A DNA stretch of 64,000 bases from Zancudomyces culisetae HAW-14-8. Its lineage: Eukaryota > Fungi > Kickxellomycota. The translations under genes and the position numbers were made by a program. Below the pieces are notes generated by a model, which searched no databases, had not been told where the DNA came from, and saw only the letters and a program-made list of their open reading frames with translations. The stretch covers positions 620,001 to 684,000 of the forward strand of contig JBNJNM010000006.1 in assembly GCA_052426225.1 (NCBI GenBank), given 5' to 3'. This document shows, piece by piece, positions 56,281-64,000 of this stretch (the stretch's first letter is position 1; every line of letters begins with the position of its first letter).

Positions 56281-56736
56281 ATGAGACTGGCTGAGGCACT
56301 AATACTTCGAGCGGATCTTGATAAGTCGATCACTGATCTTAAGAACAGAATAGTCAATAACTCTCTGGTACAAGATGGAACAAAGCCCGCTGAAGATCCT
56401 GAGAGGCTATTTACAGAGTTATACGTAAAAATACAGGAACTTGAGGATCTGATTGTTAGAATCAACTCTACGAATCTTGCTGTAAAGACAGACAGCGGTC
56501 TGAGTATAACTAGCGCAATAGCCAAGCGTGACTCATTGGAAAAATTGCACAGGATACTTGATGCGGTCTCCAGTCATGCAAACACCACAGTGAACCGATA
56601 CTCCAAGACCGAAATCTTGAATGTAGCAACAGTTGATATTGTAGCTCTTCGCAAAAAGATAGACAAATTAGCGAAGGAGAGACGTGAGATAGACGTGCAG
56701 ATCCAAGCTGCAAACTGGACTAATGAACTAGTATAA
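56281..56736 (+). CDS. DIP1984-family (bacterial-type) helical protein, 151 aa, intronless
   Basis: Family hallmarks MRLAEALILRADL, VQDGTKPAEDP..L, LIVRINSTN, AIAKRD.L, RYSKTEI and RREIDVQIQAANWTNEL. Confidence 0.88.
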   Translation: MRLAEALILRADLDKSITDLKNRIVNNSLVQDGTKPAEDPERLFTELYVKIQELEDLIVRINSTNLAVKTDSGLSITSAIAKRDSLEKLHRILDAVSSHANTTVNRYSKTEILNVATVDIVALRKKIDKLAKERREIDVQIQAANWTNELV

Positions 56737-56757
56737 TTTATATATGTATTTTTGGTA

Positions 56758-56882
56758 GCAACCAACAGCACAGTGAACAGACATTAAAATCAATTCTGAC
56801 TTTATCACACTTAATGTTAAGAATCACAAGGGCAATCTTCAAAATCAAAACGTATCACCACCTGTTGGGTGCTGTTGGTTGT
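56758..56882 (+). ncRNA. Putative structured RNA element in the 3' flank of the DIP1984-family gene
   Basis: Perfect 13-bp inverted repeat caaccaacagcac (56759-56771) / gtgctgttggttg (56869-56881), extended by aacag/ctgtt (56776-80 / 56862-66), with an inner acattaa/ttaatgt stem (56781-87 / 56811-17). Confidence 0.55.
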
Positions 56883-57706
56883 GAGGGCGGGACAGGGGAC
56901 CTTTTTTTTTGAGTTAGCTTTTGTTTTTTGTTTATGAATAGATCTTTTATCAGAAATACTCTGGACATTAATAAAGGCTTTTTACAACTCATTTTTTGTA
57001 AAATTGTGTGCTGAAGGGGGGTTTATTTTTTTGAAAAAGTGATCTATTCATTACTGCTAATGACAAAATAGTAATGGTCGAGTTTGATTAAAGGGCACTT
57101 TTAATTTTAGTTTGTGTTATTATCTATAAGATAATTACAAAGCTGGAGTAAAAATGATGTACTATAAAAGGTAAACACAATTAGCAGGGATGTTTTTGGT
57201 AAATATCTCTCGGCAGTATGGATAGATGAAGCTCAAGTTTGCGTTTTGTTTTATATAATTTGGTTCTGAGGTTTACTATGTTGTATTATTTTATTTAAAA
57301 CAGTTTCATTCTTCATCACCCTCCCTGCCCACTTTCATTATATAGAAGCAAATATTGCTCTGTCATATCTTAAACTGTTGGAAATATATTGATTTTTCAG
57401 TGATTTTTTATAGAAAATATATCGTTCGATTCACAGCTTCCTGTGATTTTTACCAATTAATTCACACCAATTCTTCTGCCTATGAATGAGCGGGGTTATC
57501 AGCAACATAACGGTTTTATATCTTCCTCATATTCGTGAAGAACACTGTTTTTCAAATCACCTTGCTATCTCAAAGATATTTAAATGAAGGTATTTGCATT
57601 TTTCAAAGTTGGTATTCAAAATAATACTTGTATCAGCCAAATATAAAAAATAATCGAGCCTACTGATGTCCTAGAGGGATTTCCAACTACAACTTTATAA
57701 AGAAAT

Positions 57707-57832
57707 ATGGTACATACGGATGAGGGCGAGAATGGAGGTAGGGATGTGACCAAAACTTGTATTAGGCCGGATGGTCATAGAAAGAATTGCACTTGTATAA
57801 AATGCGTATTGGAAAAGATGAGTGATCAATAG
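57707..57832 (+). CDS. Putative 41-aa His/Cys micro-protein (copy A): MVHTDEGENGGRDVTKTCIRPDGHRKNCTCIKCVLEKMSDQ
   Basis: ATG-to-TAG ORF with A at -3 and TATAAA at about 57643. Shares its motifs with the ORF at 59042. Confidence 0.55.
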   Translation: MVHTDEGENGGRDVTKTCIRPDGHRKNCTCIKCVLEKMSDQ

Positions 57833-59041
57833 ACATCACCATGAACGAGGTCCGTTTTCTGTCTACACTTGACAGCTGGTCATGTCAAAACCTGTGTTAT
57901 AAATACTATGGTTTATACCCAATCTTTTTTAGACAAGTTGTGTTTTATTAAGTGAATTTGATATATTTTACCACAATCTTTTGGAATTGACATGTTTACT
58001 GAACTATAACCTTTACCGCCATAAAATTAGAGGAATTTATAAAAGTATCAAGCACAATTAATAAACTCAAATTTCAGTATTGGGTAATGTTCTCTTTTAG
58101 ACCAAATGCATTTAGAGTGTGGTGAGTGCTGCTAGCCCCAAATAACATCCGATGGTTCCGTTAACTTTCTCCATTCAGCTACTCGAATTTAAAGGAAACG
58201 GAGGCGTGTAAATAGTGTTCATGATATAAACGGTAGTGATGTAGTTCTACCATTTTTTAATGTTTGGGAGTGATAAAAGCTAAAAATATATATTAAAAAT
58301 GAGCAATATTGATATTTGAATGAAAAAGAAAAAAAATATGTCAATGGGTGAAATGGGTGAGTTTGCTTTAATTATTGACAATAAATTGGAAATCTATAGT
58401 GCATGTACGTCGTTAATAATACTACGTCTCTCAAGTTCTAGTTTTTCTGAGAGGAGGGTTGAAAAAAAAATGTGTCATTAAAAGCGTACAAGGACAGTAT
58501 GAACACCATATTAGCTTTGATATGTTGTCACTATGAGCAATTGTAGGTGTAAAATAAAGCTCGCTTCCCCACTCTAATTTTGTCTTTTTTTTTTACAACA
58601 GTGTTTTTCATTTATATGGAAAAGTGAAAATGCGTTCAAATCGTATATGGAGACATAAATTTCTAGCAAAAAATCAACTAAATCATGTTGTCTAAAAAGA
58701 AGGGTTAAAGAAAATCTTCACTATTGTTGGATATTCCTAAGAATGTCACTAAAAAGTTAGCGAATGCTGTGGAAAAAGTGCAATTGCACTATTAACAAAA
58801 AATATAGTATAACAGTTATTCCAATATGCTACTATCACACCACATCTGAGTTTGTATATAAGGGGTCCGAAGAATCTTGTCCTTGGACAGTTTGGTTCAG
58901 CAAATTAAATATCCAAGTCTTACGTTATTTATTATAAAAAAAAGAATACTTTCTGTTACAAGAAGACATAAATAAGAGCAACAAGGTATACCATTACCAC
59001 AAGACAATAATCTGAAAACCAAGAAGAAAAGAGAGGGAAAA

Positions 59042-59152
59042 ATGAAGCAACAACGGGAAGAAGGTATCCAAGGTGGTCCGCAAGCATTTGGGCATGAAGA
59101 AGGGTGCACGTGCTTTGGATGTGTTCTAGATGAAATTATCAATAAGAGATAG
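59042..59152 (+). CDS. Putative 36-aa His/Cys micro-protein (copy B): MKQQREEGIQGGPQAFGHEEGCTCFGCVLDEIINKR
   Basis: First ATG after TATATAA at 58855-58861, in aaaATG context. Shares its motifs with the ORF at 57707. Confidence 0.55.
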   Translation: MKQQREEGIQGGPQAFGHEEGCTCFGCVLDEIINKR

Positions 59153-59580
59153 CCGCGTAGATACTCATGGAAAGAAATGATTAAACATAAATGGATGCGA
59201 AGCTAGCTGTAACTTTAGTTTAGTAGCAAATTGGTTTATACTTTTTTTTTGTTTTGTTTAGGAAAAAAAAGGTTAGCAATGTATTAATAAGGGTGACCAC
59301 TATCTGTTTATAAAAATAAAACAATTCTAGCATCACACACACACTCTCTAAAAAAAACTTCGAGTTCCATTCGCTAAGCGAAAAATTGAATGTTGACCTT
59401 TGCTACTCATATAAAGCAGCTCTAAACCATCTTGTAAAGAGATTTTGAAGCTATAGATGGAATATACAAGACTGGTTTTGCAAAACAAAAAACAAAAATT
59501 AAAAAGCAAAAGGAGTGTATTTCTAATTTTTATATGAGGGTATATACTTCTCCTACTATGTCAAGAAAACAGCACAAAGC

Positions 59581-60297
59581 TTACTGGATATGTTTTGAAA
59601 TAAACTCAACACCGGATTTGGACTTATGATCCGCCATATTTGGTTTGGCCTCATATACTGCAACAACTGGCTTGTTTACTAACGGTGTCCAATCCCCAGT
59701 AAAGCCAATATAATAAACAGTGGTACTTATTTCATCCTCATCCCCATCGGCGTTACTATCCGTTCCAAAATTTGACGGAAAATGTATATTGATATTCCTT
59801 ACGCCGCCAAATTTAGACACTCTCGTAAAATATTCTACCGGATTGCGTTCACCGTCCTCACCGACTACCAGCTCAAATTCTTGTGTGGCAGGCAATTCGT
59901 TAACGTTGTCAAAATCAATATCGTCACGATTGATAATCACTCTCATCTTACTAGGACTGGTGTACTTGCTGGGTCCACCCCAGACAAGAATGCTTTTGAT
60001 CTTCACGAGCGCAGTAAATGGAATATGGAGCAACAGTTCAGCGTCACAATCGCTGGTTACAAATTTTGTTGTATCGAGCCGGTCCTGGTAAGATTTTATT
60101 ATGCCTTTGCAGCTGTCTAAGACTGTTTCATTGTAGCAATATATTTTATTCGTGTCGATTTGATTAAATAGCGAGTCCTTCAAAGCTGGAATTTCATCAT
60201 CGTGGTTGTGCTCATCGCAGCAGTGTGCACCGTGAGAATGGTGGTTGCCATGCGAATGTCCGTTGTTGTTGTTGTTTGGGGGTGGCTTTGAATTCAT
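59581..60297 (-). CDS. PITH domain protein (PITHD1-like)
   Basis: His-rich N-terminus, SLFNQID, SDCDAELLLHIPFT..VKIKSI, NRDDIDFDN, TTVYYIGFTG and VYEAKPNMADHK. Confidence 0.92.
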   Translation of the reverse strand: MNSKPPPNNNNNGHSHGNHHSHGAHCCDEHNHDDEIPALKDSLFNQIDTNKIYCYNETVLDSCKGIIKSYQDRLDTTKFVTSDCDAELLLHIPFTALVKIKSILVWGGPSKYTSPSKMRVIINRDDIDFDNVNELPATQEFELVVGEDGERNPVEYFTRVSKFGGVRNINIHFPSNFGTDSNADGDEDEISTTVYYIGFTGDWTPLVNKPVVAVYEAKPNMADHKSKSGVEFISKHIQ

Positions 60298-60960
60298 CTT
60301 TTATGTATAATACGGGTTTTGTTAACTAAGGATTTATTTGTTGAGATATATGATAATGGTTTTGTGAAATTTAGCTATAATTTATAACTGTAATTTCTTC
60401 CAAAATAGGGCAAACCACTTTTATAATTTGTAAAATATTTGGATTTTTCTGGAAAAGACAGGAAAATATATATATATATTGGCCACGAATTGTCTAGAAA
60501 AGGCGGATTTGTTCCTGAAATCCAATAGGCAATCCTGATTCGTGCAAAAAAACAAGTACAAATTTATTACACTATTTATTTTTTATTGTTGTTTTTTTTG
60601 TAGCATCAAAGCAAGCAGCGAAAAAAAAAAACAAGGGTCAGAATCAACACAGTTCAAACCACCATCTCGGGCGAGTACTTTTCAACTTGAAATTTTCGAT
60701 ACAACTATCATCACGACGGCAAATAAAGATCAATTAATGTTCGATCCTAACAAGATACGAGAATAGATGCACAATTGAATGGGGGTAGACAAGAAAGAAA
60801 AAAAATTCAATTATCAAGCGACAAACGAGTAGATTAACAACCAAAAACAAAATCTCACACGCGAAAGAGTATCTTATCTGTAGAGACGGTACCCTTGCTA
60901 CTGTATTTATAACCTTTATTTTTTTTAGAGCAAAAGAGAAAGCTACTTTTCTTTTTCAAA

Positions 60961-62201
60961 ATGGATACCGATAATGATGAATACCATAATAATACACCAC
61001 TGTCAACAGTCCTTCAAAGCACTCTCAGCGAGTACAATGAAAACATTAGAAGCTTTTTCGGTACTTTTGATCCTGCCACGAATCCCAAAGCATCTGATCC
61101 TGGCCGGGTCAGTCTCGAGCGTAAAAAGCTTGCTATGGCACTTGTGAAGATTGACACATCTCTTGGAAATATATACAAACTAAGTAAGTCTACGATCTTT
61201 ATATATATTTTTTCACATCTTTAATGTATTATACAGTAGCATCTCAAAAACTAAACATCCAACATTACAAATGTTAACTTTATATAGTAAAGCAGCATCA
61301 AGCCACACAAAAAAAGATATTTGATACCCAACTCAAAATCGTCGAGTGTGATTTGGCAAAAAGGGACATTATAAAAGCGCTATTTAAAGTCAAAGTGGCA
61401 CTCGAAACTAAAATAGACAAGGCTAATGAACGGTTGAGTGCCATAAAGAGTGCCGAAGAAAGTAAGACAAACCTGTTTTTTTATACAACCTGTGCCACAT
61501 CATATCTGTATATCTATTGATATATTGTAAATAAGAGTTATCAAAAGAAGGATGAAAACCCGCGTTTATAACCAAGTCTACCAAAGTCTCTAGCACAAGA
61601 CCTAAAAATTGTTTTTCTATTTTCCAATGAATAGCCAAGGTTGATGTAGAACACATCCTGAGCTATGCTCAGCGAATCAGCCCATTTACCTCAGCACCGC
61701 CTAAATATAATCCTGAAAAAACAATTCTCCCAGCAGAGCCGCCATATCCTATCGAATTGCTCATGAGAGCTGGTGTTTTAAATCAGTATAAAGTCAAGGA
61801 TTCCATTGAAACTGTCGAAGAAAAAGGTAAATCAGAAAGACGGAATATCGGCGTGTTTTTTGCCTCCTTTTACTCAAGTTACATACTTATTATTCATCGA
61901 TGGTTGGTTTTCTTTTTTCTACCATACACTGCTTTATATTTTAAATTTTGTTGGTATAATTTGTAACTCGTGTATAAATACCTGTGGTTGCTTGTGTGTT
62001 TTATGATCATGCAAACTTGATGGTTATTAAACGATCACAAATTAATTAATTGACACATATATTAAATGAAATTAACACGATAAAATAGCACTTCATGAGG
62101 AAGAGGAGTTTGATGTTGGTTTCATGAATGGACATCATGGATTGGACATGGAAGCAGATAGTTTGTTATTGGATTTGGACTTGAATCCAGACCTTGAATG
62201 A
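60961..62201 (+). CDS. MED4: Mediator subunit 4; exons 60961-61183, 61288-61461, 61635-61826, 62089-62201
   Basis: LIKQHQ coiled coil, VDVEHILSYAQRISPFTSAPP, PPYPIELLMRAGVL and acidic C-terminus LLDLDLNPDLE. All introns are in phase. Confidence 0.85.
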
Positions 62202-63159
62202 TTGTTACTACACCCACTAAATTTAAATTATTGGTTTAATAAAAATTGCGTTTTAATTAATTAATTAATTTATTCATTTATTTTCAATCATATAAGGCTA
62301 CTCATTCTAAATGTTCAAATACGTCAGATAGTAAAACTCGCACATACCTATACCCTTAGCGAAACGAGGAAAAAGAGCATGTTTCTCAATTTGGTTCGGT
62401 TAAGACTGGGCTGATCTCCTCGATATGAGATAATATGGTGTGTTGGGACGCATTGGGCACGAGTATTTTTGCTGACTGTCCAGGGTCAGTGGGTGTAACA
62501 TTTTATTTCACAATGAACAACACCACTTTTTAGTGCAACGCAATATCAATATAATATAGGCGGTTTCTATAAAGAGTATTAATGAGAGTACTGATACATT
62601 CAAGTTTATGCTAAATTATAAACTACTTTAAACTGAAATATCAATGAAAACACCTCCCTTCCCCAAACCATTCAGCAAGAAATGAATGATAAGAGATGTG
62701 TCAAGTTGGGTAACTAGTCAGGTGCTAGGGTGTTAAGATGTCGGGAATTATGGAACATCAAAAATAATTCCACAAATAAAAAGCTGGTAAAATGATTGTA
62801 ATTTGAAACGGGACCGGATTTTTTCCTGACTGTGTTTTTGCTTTTGTGACTTTGAAGTTTATGTAACTCAAAACTGTATTGAGCTAATTTGTTGAGGGAA
62901 ATACTGGGAATAAAATAATGAGCAGTTATCTAGGTCAAAATGGGAAATAAATAAATAATTCGGATTTGTAATCTCTATTGTTTATTTTTGAGATTTGAGA
63001 TTTGTCGCACATACAAAGGTCACATTGAAAAGGAAATCCTTTTTAACGAGATTGTTTTATTTTTGTTACGATTAATAGCGCAACACTGAATGATAATCGA
63101 ATTATTCACACTGTTGAAAATGGTTTGAATAAGGGATTTCCAGAAACATATTGAGTAAT

Positions 63160-63352
63160 AAAACGAAAACTAAAAAATAATAACGAAGAACGAAGAACGA
63201 AGAACGAAGAACAAAAAAACAAAAAAACAAAAAAACGAAAAAACGAAAAAACGAAAAACGAAAAACGAAAAACAAATAAAAAATGACAAAAAACCAAATA
63301 ACAAATAAAAAATAACAAATAACAAAAAACAAAAATAAAGAAACAAGAAAAA
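63160..63352. repeat. A-rich compound tandem repeat (ACGAAGA)n/(ACAAAAAA)n/(ACGAAAA)n/(ATAACAA)n
   Basis: Read directly; it produces the spurious Phe-rich minus-strand ORFs. Confidence 0.9.
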
Positions 63353-64000
63353 TAGCCCCAAACACGTTGAACTAATCGAAACAAGGCAAAAAAATAATCA
63401 TTTTACCAGGTATGCAGAGTCGTTGCGCAGTGGTTTTCGTGAACATCCCAGGGAAAATAATTGATGGGGATAGAAAATTGCATGTAAAAGTTTTGTATGC
63501 GAGGAAATGAAGTAATTAAATGAAAAGATAGAGAAATAGTAGCAGCGAATGCTTGTGTGTGTATATTGTACATTCGTATGAGTGTGTTTTGGTTTGTGAT
63601 AGGAGTAGAAATATGAATATGAGTATGAATAATAGTATTACCAGCTTTAGTGATTTTAATGGTTTTTTCGGCTATTAACACAGTTACATTCATAAAAAAA
63701 ATTTTATTTCAACTGTTACATAATTTACATGCGCTTAAAAATGAAAGTAGATAACCTTGGCGGAAAATTAAAAAAGGGATGGTTTCTCTAAATTTTATTT
63801 ATAAATACAACAAATAATGCTTAGAAACAGTTTCAAAATAAACAATCGTTGTTATTACAAAAAGTATATTGGCAATACGGTAAAACAACAGTATATTTCC
63901 CAAAAGAAGTGTATTAACCTATTGCAAAAATTACAATATCATAAGTTTGACAACCTTTTTTCTCGTGTTAGCATACAAGAGAACATCAAGACGAATACTG

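Noticed and set aside
56758-56882. SECIS element or bacterial intrinsic terminator
   Set aside because: There is no in-frame TGA in the upstream CDS and no GA on the 3' side of the internal loop. The 80-nt loop and the T-run about 20 nt away do not fit a terminator.
63102-63693. Phe-rich and Ile/Thr-rich minus-strand ORFs
   Set aside because: Products of low-complexity repeat or AT-rich sequence with no recognisable motif.

Overview
AT-rich, intron-containing eukaryotic DNA with fungal-type gene content and introns of about 70-260 nt. The style is consistent with an early-diverging fungus; this is inference only and the taxon was not established. About 20 protein-coding genes can be supported, and several were reconstructed here by hand from splice sites: ALDH8A1-like dehydrogenase, VPS23, a coiled-coil protein, MTG1, eIF6, a MED28-like gene missed by the ORF track, SFP1, a mitochondrial GGQ release factor, TMEM14, NASP/Sim3, a WrbA/Pst2 flavodoxin, MAK21, RSM10, an EDEM/MNL1 mannosidase, a BCK1-like MAPKKK, MCM3, a TF-like protein, a DIP1984-family protein, a PITH protein and MED4. 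Most of the window is housekeeping. The unusual part is about 54.3-59.6 kb. It holds an intronless bacterial-type DIP1984-family gene, a long closed stem-loop with a roughly 10-nt periodic WATC motif directly after that gene, and further hairpins upstream of it. It also holds two unannotated paralogous micro-ORFs (41 and 36 aa) sharing EG-x2-GG and GH-x3-CTC-x2-CVL. A second highlight is a Spindly/BICD-like candidate dynein adaptor at 6587-8341. No tRNA, rRNA, CRISPR array or intact transposon was recognised. All family assignments come from recalled motifs, not from searches.
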